Source of the DNA: Phycisphaerae bacterium
GTDB lineage: Bacteria > Planctomycetota > Phycisphaerae > UBA1845 > Fen-1342
Direction: 5' to 3'
Assembly: GCA_963666925.2 (NCBI GenBank)
Contig: CAXXTC010000007.1
Span: 32,001 to 96,000, forward strand
Length of the DNA: 64,000 nucleotides
Shown one piece after another: positions 19,773 to 29,483 of the stretch. The notes below the pieces were generated by a model that worked only from the letters and a program-made list of their open reading frames with translations, did not search any database and was not told the origin of the DNA. Position 1 is the first letter of the stretch; each line of letters begins with the position of its first letter. A program made the position numbers and the translations under genes.

Positions 19773-20873
19773 GTGCCAGTAATCTCGGAGCCCATTTCCG
19801 GTATGCAGTTTCTGGAGCAGTTTTTCGGAAATCTGGGAGTGCACTGCTCAAGAGCAGTGGCCCCCGAATGCCGCCATTGGGGAATCCAACACCTCAGAGC
19901 AGTGGCACCCAGATGCATCCCCGCCGTGTTGCTAGTGTTTCTGGCGCTGGTCGGTGTCATGCCGGCGGCGGCGCAGCAGTATGAGTATGAGCGGCCGGTG
20001 TCGGCGGCGCCGACGCCGGAGGATATTGGCGAGGGTTACGCGATTCCGCAGGTTCAGTTTCACCCGCCGCGGGCGCAGTGGCGCGAGGCTCTGGACGTCG
20101 GCGTGCTGCTGGTGGGGTTGGGGCTGACGGCGCTGGTCGTGCTGAAATGGCGCAGCCGATGGGCGCTGGTGCTGATCGTGATCGGCTCGCTGGTGTATTT
20201 CGGGTTTTATCGCCAGGGGTGTATTTGCTCGATCGGGGCGATTCAGAACGTGGTGGCAACACTGGCCGACCCGCAGGCGGTGTTGTCGTGGTACGTGATC
20301 GCGTTTTTCTTTTTGCCATTGATCGCGGCACTCTTTTTCGGGCGGGTTTTCTGTGGCGGCGTGTGTCCGTTGGGGGCGGCGCAGGAGCTGATATTGGTCA
20401 GGCCGATGATTGTGCCGCGGCTGTTGGACCAAGTGCTGAGCTGGGGCAAGTGGGTTTACCTGGGGCTGGCGATCTACTTCGCGGCCCGGCCGGCAGCGGA
20501 GCGCGACTTTATCATTTGCCGATTTGATCCGTTCGTCGGGTTTTTCAGGCTCAGCGGCCCGCTGGACATCATGCTTCTGGGCGCGGGACTACTGCTGTTG
20601 GGGATGTTCATTGGCCGGCCGTACTGCCGCTGGCTGTGCCCGTATGGGGCGCTGCTGTCGCTGTGCTCGCGGCTGAGTTGGCGGAACGTGACGATTACGC
20701 CGGACAAAGAGCTGGATTGCGGACTGTGTGCCGAGGCGTGTCCATACGGTGCGATCCGCGATTTGCGGGCCGACCTGGCAACGTGCGTGGCATGCGCGCG
20801 GTGTTATGACAAGTGCCCGCGACACCGCGTGCAACGCACCGGCGGGCAGGCGCCGGCGGGGGATGCGCCATGA
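19773..20873 (+). CDS. Membrane polyferredoxin (NapH/MauN/RdxA-like 4Fe-4S binding protein)
   Basis: TM helices, GRVFCGGVCPLGA, RPYCRWLCPYGA, CGLCAEACP, CVACARCYDKCP. Start is uncertain (GTG 19773, ATG 19803 or GTG 19926). Confidence 0.85.
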   Translation: MPVISEPISGMQFLEQFFGNLGVHCSRAVAPECRHWGIQHLRAVAPRCIPAVLLVFLALVGVMPAAAQQYEYERPVSAAPTPEDIGEGYAIPQVQFHPPRAQWREALDVGVLLVGLGLTALVVLKWRSRWALVLIVIGSLVYFGFYRQGCICSIGAIQNVVATLADPQAVLSWYVIAFFFLPLIAALFFGRVFCGGVCPLGAAQELILVRPMIVPRLLDQVLSWGKWVYLGLAIYFAARPAAERDFIICRFDPFVGFFRLSGPLDIMLLGAGLLLLGMFIGRPYCRWLCPYGALLSLCSRLSWRNVTITPDKELDCGLCAEACPYGAIRDLRADLATCVACARCYDKCPRHRVQRTGGQAPAGDAP

Positions 20874-23738
20874 GGCGGGCGCTCGCGCGCTTGGTGGCGA
20901 TCGTATTTACAGCGGCCGGCGCGTTGGGCGTGGTCGTGATCGGCGGCTGGCTGACGCTCGATGCGATCGACGCAAGCTATCGGCGAACCGTGCAGGATGC
21001 TCAACTGGACGTGCTGAATAAGCAGGCCGAGAGCGATCCGACACGGGCGCCGGTGTTGCAAGAGGTGTTTGAGACGCATACGGCGTGGGAGGTGGCGCGG
21101 GATCAACGCGTGGAGCGGCTGGCGTGGGCGCTGCTGGGCGCGACGGCGCTGTTGGTCGTGTCGGGCAAGTGGCTGCACGGATTGCGGCGGACGGGGGCGA
21201 TGGTGCCGGCGGATGTGCGGGCCCGCTGCGCGGTAGATGCGGTTGAAAACCATTCCGAAGCTGTGGTGCCGATTCGTTGCCAATCCGACGCACCGGTTGA
21301 AAACCGGTGCCACAAAGAATCTGGACAAGTGGCCGCACCGCCAGTGGACGATGCCAGCGATGTTGACATTGCGGAGGTGGATGCGCTGATTGCGTGCGTG
21401 GGGACGGCGGCGGATCGGGCGATTCCGCTTTTGCACGCGTTGCAGGAGAGGTTTCGTTATCTGCCGACGGCAGCGCTGCGGCGGATCTGTGAGCGGACCG
21501 CGATCACGCCGGCGCAACTGGCGAGCGTGGCGTCGTTTTACCCACAGTTTCGACGCACGCCACGCGGCGAGCACCTGATCACGGTCTGTCATGGGACGGC
21601 GTGTCATGTGGCGGGTGCGGAGCGCTTGACGGATGAACTTCGGCGGCAACTGCGGATCGGGCCGGGGGCAGATACGGATGCGCGGCGCGAATTCACGATC
21701 CAGGAGGTGCCGTGCTTGGGGTGCTGCACGCTGGCGCCGGTAGTGCAGACGGACGGCGTGACGCACGGACACGTGTCGGCCAATGAATTGGGCGATTTGA
21801 TTCACGAGTGCCGGTGTACGGGCGACGGGGGCCGGCGTGAGGTTGAGGCAAGCGCGGCGAGCACATCTGACGATCAGGAATCTGAGCCGGCTGGTGAGAT
21901 TCGGCTCGGGATGGGGTCGTGCTGCGTAGCGAATGGCAGCGGCGCGGTGCACGATGCGTTGGAGGCGGCACTGGCACAGACGCGGATCGACGCGACGGTG
22001 AAACGCGTCGGCTGCGTGGGGATGTGTCACCAGACGCCATTCGTCGAGATCCGCCGACCTGGGCATGAGCCCGTGATGTACAGCCATGTGCGGGCGGAGC
22101 AGGCGGGTGCGATAGTGCGGCGTCATTTCCGGTCGCAGTCGTCGGCAGCTTGGCTGCGCAACGCGCTCGTCGGTACGCTTGACAGTCTGCGCGACGGGCG
22201 GGATGGTCGCGTGTCGCCGGAGTGTATTGAACTGCGTGATCCGCCGGTGGCGGCGTTTCTAGGCCCACAGGAACACATCGCGACCGAGCATCGCGGCGTG
22301 CTGGATCCGCTCGACCTGGATGAGTATGAGCGGCACGAGGGATTCGCGGCCCTGCGCCGGGCGGTGGGGATGAAGCCTGACCAGATCGTGGCCGAGATTC
22401 GCACGAGCGGGTTGCGCGGACGCGGCGGGGCGGGTTTTCCGACGGCACAGAAATGGCAAATCGTGCAGCAGGCGGCCGGTCCGGCGAAATACATCATCTG
22501 TAATGGCGACGAGGGCGACCCCGGCGCGTTCATGGATCGGATGTTGATGGAGTCGTATCCGTATCGGATTCTCGAAGGGGTCGCGATTGCGGCACTGGCG
22601 ACGGGTGCGGCCGAGGCGGTGTTCTACATTCGGGCGGAGTATCCGCTGGCGGTGAAGCGGATTGAGGCGGCGATTGCGGAATGTGAGCGGCGCGGGATTC
22701 TGGGTGACGAACCTGCTCGGCAGCGGGCGGGGGCTGCGCGTGCGCGTAGTGCACGGGGCGGGGGCGTTTGTGTGTGGCGAGGAGACGGCGTTGATCGCGT
22801 CGCTCGAAGGGGCAGCGCGGGGTCGCCGCGGCTGCGACCACCCTATCCGGCCGAGCGCGGGCTGCATGATCGACCGACATTGGGAAACAACGTCGAGACG
22901 TTCGCTGTGGTGCCGTGGATTCTGCGGCATGGTGGGTCGGCGTTTGCGGCACTCGGCACGGAGCGCAGCAGTGGCACGAAGGTGTTTGCGCTGGCGGGGA
23001 AGGTTGCGCGGGGCGGGCTGATCGAGGTGCCGATGGGAATCACCATTCGGCAGATCGTTCGAGGAGATCGGCGGCGGGATTCGGGCTGAGGAGACGGCGG
23101 CGGGTGTGCGGCAACATGCGTTCAAGGCGGTGCAGATCGGCGGGCCGTCGGGTGGGTGTGTGCCGGCGCACCTGGCGGATACGCCGGTGGATTATGAGAA
23201 GCTGGCCGAACGCGGCGCGATCATGGGGTCGGGCGGGCTGGTCGTGCTCGATGAGACCGACTGCATGGTGGACATGGCGCGGTATTTTCTGAGCTTTACG
23301 CAGGCGCAGTCGTGTGGGAAGTGCACGCCGTGCCGGGTGGGGACGCGGCGCATGCTGGAAATACTCGAGCGGCTGTGCGGCGGGACGGGGCGCGCGAATG
23401 ATCTGGAAACGCTGGAGAGCCTGGCGCATACGGTGCAGGTGGCCAGCTTGTGTGGACTCGGACAGACGGCGCCGAACCCGGTGTTGACAACGCTGCGATA
23501 TTTTCGCGAGGAATATGAGGCGCATCTGCGCGGCGAGTGTCCGGCGGGGGAATGTGCGGCGTTGGTGCAGTATGAGGTGACGGAGGAATGTACCGGGTGC
23601 ACGTTGTGTGCACAGAGCTGTCCGGTGGGTGCGATTGAGCTGCGGCCGTACTTGCGGCACGCGATTGATATGGAGAAGTGCACGCGGTGCGATGCGTGCC
23701 GGGTGGCGTGTCCGGAAGGGGCGATACGGGTGAGCTGA
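20870..23738 (+). CDS. Membrane-anchored NuoE+NuoF (HydC/HydB- or HndA/HndC-like) flavin-FeS fusion; frameshifted in this assembly
   Basis: Two N-terminal TM segments; CHGTACH and CLGCCTLAP (NuoE); thioredoxin-like 2Fe-2[43 protein letters not shown] lies in a shifted frame; [15 protein letters not shown] and a 2x[4Fe-4S] tail in ORF 23106-23738. Confidence 0.85.
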
Positions 23739-24418
23739 TGGTGCGTGTGGTTGTTGATGGTCGCGAGGTGGCGGTGACGCCGGGAAGCACGGTGCTGGCG
23801 GCGGCGCGGAAACTGGGGATTGACATACCGGCGTTGTGTTTTTTGCCGGGAAATGCGGCGAATACGGCGTGCATGGCGTGCGTGGTGCGGCGGGTGGACG
23901 ATGGGCTGATGGTGCCGGCGTGTGCAACGGAGGCGACCGACGGGCTCGAGGTGGAGAGCGAAAGCGAACGCGTGCGTGCGGTGCGGCGGACCGTGCTGGA
24001 ATTGTTGTTGAGCGATCATGTGTGCGAGGCGCGCGAAGGGGCAACGGGTTCGGCGGATGATGCGGCGCGGTATCCGGAGTGTGAATGTGCGGAGCGCGAC
24101 GTGTGCCGATTGCGCAAGTATGCGGCCGCGTATGGGGCGGATCCGCGACGGCTGGGCGGTGCGCGACGGGCGGTGGGCGGTCGGCAGGAGCATGCGGAGA
24201 TTACGTATGAGCCGAGCAAGTGCATACTTTGCGGGATTTGTGTGCAGATTTCACAGCAGGCGGGCGAGGCGGTGGGGCTGACGATGATCGGGCGGGGGTT
24301 TGAGATGCGCGTAGATGTGCCGTTGGAGGGGGAGTTTGAAGATGCGCTCGAGCGGACGGCGCGGCAATGTGCGGGGGCATGCCCGACGGGGGCGCTGACG
24401 CGGAAGGCGGGGACGTAG
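23738..24418 (+). CDS. Stand-alone NuoG/HydA N-terminal-like FeS protein (2Fe-2S, His-ligated 4Fe-4S, 4Fe-4S) with no catalytic domain
   Basis: ATG 23738 (TGATG). VVDGREV, IPALC...CMACVV...PAC, LELLLSDHVC, C.L..YA, CILCGICV...CPTGAL. Confidence 0.85.
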   Translation: MVRVVVDGREVAVTPGSTVLAAARKLGIDIPALCFLPGNAANTACMACVVRRVDDGLMVPACATEATDGLEVESESERVRAVRRTVLELLLSDHVCEAREGATGSADDAARYPECECAERDVCRLRKYAAAYGADPRRLGGARRAVGGRQEHAEITYEPSKCILCGICVQISQQAGEAVGLTMIGRGFEMRVDVPLEGEFEDALERTARQCAGACPTGALTRKAGT

Positions 24419-24653
24419 GATCGAGGGGAAGGACGCGCGCGGCGGGCACTTGGCGGGAAATCGCACTGCTGACACAGTGGCACCGCGGTCACACACCAAG
24501 ACGTGGGCGCATCCCAGTCGTTGTTACGTTGTCACGTTGTTACGCGTCTGCACGGGCAAACATGGCACCCAGGGTGGGGTACCCAGCGCACAGGCTATTA
24601 GCCTGTGCCACACTTCGGTACCCGTACGAAGCTCAAATGGGGCGATTGCGGGG

Positions 24654-26639
24654 TCAGGATTTGTCGGCCTTTTCCAGCCAGGCTTGTTCGGCTTGGTCGA
24701 GTTCGGATTTAAGCGTGTCGAACTCGGCGCGGAGTTCGGTGAGCGAGTCCGGGTTGCGGTAGACATCGGCGTCGCCGAAACGTTCCTGCAATTTGCTCAG
24801 TTGGGCTTCGTGGTTGGCGATGAACTCCTCGAGCTCGACGAGCTTCATCTTCTGGTAGCGGGTCTTGCGCTTGGGTGGTGATTTGGTGGTGGAACGCGCG
24901 GGTTGGCCGCGTTTGGTGCGGGATGGACGGCGCGCGGCGGCGTCGGTGGCGGCCTTTTGCTGTTCGCTCTGTTCGATGTAGTAGGAATAGTTGCCGTTGT
25001 AGAGCGTGGTGTCGCCGGGGCGCATGACGAGCAGGCGATCGACGATGCGGTCGAGGAAATAGCGGTCGTGGCTGACGGTGATGATGGTGCCGGGGAAACT
25101 GGCGAGGGCTTGTTCGAGGGCTTCACGCGAGGGGATGTCGAGGTGGTTGGTGGGTTCGTCGAGGACGAGAATTTCGGGCACCGAGAGGATCAGCTTCATG
25201 AGGCGGACGCGGGATTGTTCGCCGCCGGAGAGATTGCCGACGGATTTGAAGGGCTCTTCGTCGGTGAAGAGGAAGCGGGCGGCGTAGTTGCGGGCGTCGC
25301 GTTCGAGGAAGTCGGGGCGGGCGGCGCAGATTTCCTGGATGACGGTGCGGGTCGGGTCGAGCTCGGTGGGTTCCTGGGCGAAATAGCCGAAATGGGCGGT
25401 GGGTAGCAGGTCGAGATGGCCGGCGGTGGGCTGCACGACGCGATCGGGGGCGGCATCGGAGCGGGTGGTTTTCTGGGCGGCGGTGAGGATGATGCGCAGA
25501 AGCGTGGTTTTGCCGGTGCCGTTGGGGCCGGTGATGCCGAGGCGCTGGCCGGCGTAGAGGCTCAGCGAGAGATCGGTGAAGAGCACCTTGTCGCCGTAGG
25601 TTCGGCCGAGTTCGCTGAGGCGGACGACCTCCTTGTCGGCCTGGATACGGCGCTGGGGCTGGTCGAAGCGGAGCTTGATGTTGCGTTCGGTCTGGCGCGG
25701 GGGCTCGGCGAGGAGTTCGCCGGCGGCGATGCGGCGTTCGAGGCGTTTGAGCCGGCCGCGGGCCTCGCGGTAGCGCTGGCCGTACTTGTTTTTCTCGATG
25801 AACTCGCGTTCCTTGGCGATGTATTCGCGGTCTTTTTCGTATTGGCGGCGGGCGGAAAGTTCGCGGTTGTCGCGGATTTCGAGGAAGCGGGAATAGTTGC
25901 CGGGGTAGCTGAAGACCTTGCCGCCGGCGGGGGTGGCGACGACTTCGATGATGCGCTGGGCGAGGCGGTCGAGCAGGTAGCGGTCGTGAGAGACGATCAG
26001 GGCGCCGCCGTGATGGCCGGCGAGGAATTTCTCGAGCCAGCGGACGGCGTCGATGTCGAGGTGGTTGGTGGGCTCGTCGAGGAGGAGAAACTGGCGTTCC
26101 TGGAGGAGCAGCTTGGCGAGGGCGGCGCGGCATTTCTGGCCGCCGGAGAGAGCGTTGACGGGGAGTTCGTAATCGCTGCGCGAGAAGCCGAGGCCGCCGA
26201 GGATTTCGTGGAGGCGCTGTTCGAAGCGGTACCCGCCGGCGGCTTCGAAGCGGGCGCTGAAGCGGTCGTATTGTTGCATGAGCTGGGCGGCGCGGGGGCC
26301 GTCGTGCTCGGCGGCGAGCTGGTGGCTGACGTCGTGGAGCTTGCGTTCGAGTGCGAGGAGTTCGTCGAAGGCGCTGGAGACGGCGTCGTGTAGCGTGCCG
26401 GCGTCGTCGAGGCCGGGCTCCTGGGGGAGGTAGCCGACTTCGAGTCCCTTGGAGAGGGTGACGGTGCCGATGTCGGGCTCGAAGGTGCCGGTGATGAGCC
26501 GGAAGAGCGTGGTTTTGCCGACGCCGTTGGCACCGATGATCGCGGTGGTCTCGCCGGTTTGCAGTTCGAGATCGACGTCGGCAAGGACGATCTGGGGGCC
26601 GAACTGCTTGGTGACGTTTTGCAGGCGAATGGTACCCAT
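24654..26639 (-). CDS. ABC-F family ATP-binding protein (Uup-like C-terminal coiled coil)
   Basis: Two ABC cassettes (GANGVGKTT, LSGGQK, LLLDEPTNHLD; GPNGTGKTT, LSGGEQ), no TM segments. Confidence 0.95.
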   Translation of the reverse strand: MGTIRLQNVTKQFGPQIVLADVDLELQTGETTAIIGANGVGKTTLFRLITGTFEPDIGTVTLSKGLEVGYLPQEPGLDDAGTLHDAVSSAFDELLALERKLHDVSHQLAAEHDGPRAAQLMQQYDRFSARFEAAGGYRFEQRLHEILGGLGFSRSDYELPVNALSGGQKCRAALAKLLLQERQFLLLDEPTNHLDIDAVRWLEKFLAGHHGGALIVSHDRYLLDRLAQRIIEVVATPAGGKVFSYPGNYSRFLEIRDNRELSARRQYEKDREYIAKEREFIEKNKYGQRYREARGRLKRLERRIAAGELLAEPPRQTERNIKLRFDQPQRRIQADKEVVRLSELGRTYGDKVLFTDLSLSLYAGQRLGITGPNGTGKTTLLRIILTAAQKTTRSDAAPDRVVQPTAGHLDLLPTAHFGYFAQEPTELDPTRTVIQEICAARPDFLERDARNYAARFLFTDEEPFKSVGNLSGGEQSRVRLMKLILSVPEILVLDEPTNHLDIPSREALEQALASFPGTIITVSHDRYFLDRIVDRLLVMRPGDTTLYNGNYSYYIEQSEQQKAATDAAARRPSRTKRGQPARSTTKSPPKRKTRYQKMKLVELEEFIANHEAQLSKLQERFGDADVYRNPDSLTELRAEFDTLKSELDQAEQAWLEKADKS

Positions 26640-26709
26640 GATGACATGTTAGCACGGTGCGGGGTGGTGGAGGAAACCGATTGGGTGGCGAGTTGGGCGG
26701 GTGGTGCGT

Positions 26710-27270
26710 ATGCTGTTGGGCATGAGGAGCTGTGGGATCTGCGGGATAGCTCGGCTGGTGGGGGTGGCGTGTGTTGGCGTGGTGATTCTATCGGGCTGTT
26801 GTCGGCCGGCGGCGGACGTGGTGCTGGTGCAGCCATTTGCGGTGGCGCGGCAGCGTGAGGTGCATCTGACGGCGCGCGAGGCGTATTCGTGGCGTGACGG
26901 GGAGCGGCAGAAGTGTTTGGTGGTGTTTGCGCTGCCGGGATCGGAGTGGGGTCCGCCGGCTTATCGGCTTTATCTTGATCTGCCGGCCGGGGCGGGTGCG
27001 AGCGGTATCGGTTCTGGGGATGCGGCGGCGCGGGGGTTTTTGTTGCAGGAGACGGGGCAGTATGCCGGGCGAAGCAATCTGAGCGGCGGGTCGTTGCGGT
27101 GGCGTAAGCGGTGGCTGAGTAGCGAACTGGCACTCGTTATTGATACGACGGCGGAGGACGGGACGCGGGTGCACGGGGCGGCCCGGCTGCGGGAGCGGCC
27201 GCAATTGGTGAAGCATTTTGAGCAGCTTCACGCGGGGGATGTTGCGACGTTGCGCGGCGACGAACAGTAG
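26710..27270 (+). CDS. Hypothetical lipoprotein
   Basis: Hydrophobic stretch ending in the lipobox-like ILSGC; start uncertain. Confidence 0.6.
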   Translation: MLLGMRSCGICGIARLVGVACVGVVILSGCCRPAADVVLVQPFAVARQREVHLTAREAYSWRDGERQKCLVVFALPGSEWGPPAYRLYLDLPAGAGASGIGSGDAAARGFLLQETGQYAGRSNLSGGSLRWRKRWLSSELALVIDTTAEDGTRVHGAARLRERPQLVKHFEQLHAGDVATLRGDEQ

Positions 27271-27271
27271 A

Positions 27272-27399
27272 ACCCATCTCAGAACCGTGGCACTGGGGTT
27301 TGTGGCCGGCACGACCCACCGGTTGAAAACCGGTGCCACAAGATTTTGCAGGCCGGTGCCACAGGAGCGCTGGTGCCACAGGAGCGCTGGTGCCACAGG
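27272..27399. repeat. REP family A element followed by a 17-bp tandem repeat (GGTGCCACAGGAGCGCT x~2.6)
   Basis: CACCGGTTGAAAACCGGTGCCACA at 27317-27340; tandem units at 27355, 27372 and 27389. Lies between convergent genes. Confidence 0.8.
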
Positions 27400-27423
27400 G
27401 ATTCCAGGATAGCTTTTATCCCG

Positions 27424-28422
27424 CTACCAGTCGCGGGTGACGGGGTCCTGGCGGGCGGCGCGGCGGCGAGCCAACTCCTCGCGGCGGGCCTTTTCCGCAT
27501 CTCGCACCATCTGCAACAATCGCTCGGCCTGTTCACGCGTCATATCGATCGGCACTGCCTGTGATTGTTCACCGGCCGGCTGTGATTCGGCGGCGGGCTG
27601 AGTTTCAGCAGCGAGCTGCTCCTCAGACTGCTGCTCGTCAGATTGCTGTTGGTCCTGCTCATCCGACTGCTGTTCGTCCTGCTGTTGCTGTCCTTCCTGT
27701 TGCTCCGCCTGCTCGTCCTGTTGTTGGTCTTGCGCTGATTGCTGATCCTGTTGCTGGTCCGCGTCGCCGGATTGCTGTTGTTGTGACTGGTCGGGTTGGG
27801 AGTTGGATTGCTGCTGGCTTTGCTCATCCGGCAAGTTCTGCTGGTCCTGTTGATCTTGCTGATCTGATTGGCCGCCCTGCTGCTGTTGCTGTTGCTGGAG
27901 CTGTTCGAGCTGGGTTTTGAAATGCTCGGCGAGTTCGAGATTGGCGCGTGCGTCCTGGATCGCGGGGTCGAGCTGGAGTGCTTCGTGGTAGAGTTGTTGG
28001 GCAGCCTGCAAGTGTTCCAGGGCGGCCTTGAAATCCTGACCCTGGACGGCGTCGAGCGCGTCGGCATATTCACAGTTGCCGAGGTTGTAGCGCATCGGTG
28101 CTTCGAGTTGGGCGTTGCCCTGTTCGGCCAGCTTTTGCCACAGCGCACGGGCTTCGTCGCGCTGGCCGAGGTGGTAGAGAGCAGCGGCCTGGTTGTGGAG
28201 CAACTCGGGGGAATTGGCGAGGCCGGCTTCGGCCGCCTGGCGATAGAGCTCGAGGGCCTCGTCATAGTGGCCGGTCTGGTACTGCTCGTTGCCTTGCTGG
28301 ACCAGCGTTCGCGGCGGCGCGGACCAGCCCAACGAGCACAGCCCGCACAGCACGGCGACGAGCAGCGGCACGCTGTACCGGGGCGCTTGGCACAATCGGT
28401 TGTGGAGCCGACGCAGCATCAT
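27424..28422 (-). CDS. BatC-like TPR protein with Gln-rich linker
   Basis: GNEQYQTGHYDEAL, YNLGNC, DARANLELA, poly-Q/D region, MTREQAERLL...DW ending. Confidence 0.85.
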   Translation of the reverse strand: MMLRRLHNRLCQAPRYSVPLLVAVLCGLCSLGWSAPPRTLVQQGNEQYQTGHYDEALELYRQAAEAGLANSPELLHNQAAALYHLGQRDEARALWQKLAEQGNAQLEAPMRYNLGNCEYADALDAVQGQDFKAALEHLQAAQQLYHEALQLDPAIQDARANLELAEHFKTQLEQLQQQQQQQGGQSDQQDQQDQQNLPDEQSQQQSNSQPDQSQQQQSGDADQQQDQQSAQDQQQDEQAEQQEGQQQQDEQQSDEQDQQQSDEQQSEEQLAAETQPAAESQPAGEQSQAVPIDMTREQAERLLQMVRDAEKARREELARRRAARQDPVTRDW

Positions 28423-29483
28423 GCGGCCTCCTGTTCACCGAGCGGTCCGGTGGCAGCGCGGGCCCGCGGCAGGCGCCGGCCGGGGCGGACGCAGGTTTCG
28501 ATGAGCACGGCGACGAGCGCGAGCAGTGCGAACAGGTGCGCCTTGAGTGGGTGACGGATGCGTTGCTGGTCGGCATCTTCGGCGAAGCGGACGCTGCGCG
28601 CGATGCGGCGATAGATGTCGCTGAGGTCGAAGTTGCGCGTGCCGACGGGCACGAACAGGCCGCCGGTGGAAACATTGGAGAGCTGCTGGAGCGTGGCGAA
28701 GTCGGCCTTGCTACGGACGACCTCGCCCTGATAGGTCAGGTAGCGCTCGCCGGCGCCGCCGCCGAGCGGGATCGGCGATCCTACCTGCGAATCGCCCAGG
28801 CCGAGGGCGATGATGGCGATCTGGTGGTCCTGCCAGGCGGCGGCGGCGGCCTGGACGGGGAAGCTTTCGTGATCTTCGCCGTCGGTGATGAGCAGGATGA
28901 ATTTGTGGCTGTCGACGTCGTCGTCGAGGGTGTCTCCGGCGAGGCGGATGGCGTCGCCGATGAGCGTGCCGCCGCGGGCGGCGCTGCGTACGGTGACGTC
29001 GTCGAGGGCGAGGCGGAAGGTGCCGTAGTCGATGGTGAGCGGGCAGGCAAGCGTAGGGGTGCCGGCGAAAGTGATCAGCCCGATGCGATCGCCGCCGAGC
29101 GCGGGGAGCAGGTCGTCGCGGATGGAGAGCTTGGCGCGTTCGAGGCGATTGGGGGCGATGTCGCGGGCGAGCATGGATCGGGAGACGTCGAGCAGGACCA
29201 TGATGTCGATATTGCGGCGGACGATCGGGCGGGCCTCGCGACCCCAGCGCGTGCCGACCAGGGCGGCGACCAGCGCGACCAGGGCGAGCGCGGTCAGCCC
29301 GACGCGTACCAGGCCGCGGAACCAGCCCACGCCGGGGGTGAGGCGCGGCAAGAGGTTGGCGTCGGCGAAGATGCGCAAAGCGCGGCGGCGCTGCCAGATC
29401 CCGTAGATGCCCACGAGCGCAATGGCCAAGACGGCCCAGAGCAGGTGCAGCCAGCGGAGATCGTCGAAAGTGAGGTCGGTCAC
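28419..29483 (-). CDS. BatB-like VWA domain protein
   Basis: LLDVSRSMLARDIAPNRLERAK, DRIGLITFAG, LITDGEDH; GTG 29483 overlaps the upstream stop. Confidence 0.9.
   Translation of the reverse strand: MTDLTFDDLRWLHLLWAVLAIALVGIYGIWQRRRALRIFADANLLPRLTPGVGWFRGLVRVGLTALALVALVAALVGTRWGREARPIVRRNIDIMVLLDVSRSMLARDIAPNRLERAKLSIRDDLLPALGGDRIGLITFAGTPTLACPLTIDYGTFRLALDDVTVRSAARGGTLIGDAIRLAGDTLDDDVDSHKFILLITDGEDHESFPVQAAAAAWQDHQIAIIALGLGDSQVGSPIPLGGGAGERYLTYQGEVVRSKADFATLQQLSNVSTGGLFVPVGTRNFDLSDIYRRIARSVRFAEDADQQRIRHPLKAHLFALLALVAVLIETCVRPGRRLPRARAATGPLGEQEAA

Noticed and set aside
23738..24418. [FeFe]-hydrogenase or formate dehydrogenase catalytic subunit
   Set aside because: Only about 226 aa; no H-cluster motifs or molybdopterin-binding domain.
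27317..27399. CRISPR array
   Set aside because: The units are contiguous with no unique spacers, and there are no cas genes in the window.
27560..27900. CAG/CAA-rich DNA repeat
   Set aside because: It simply encodes the Gln-rich linker expected in BatC-like proteins.
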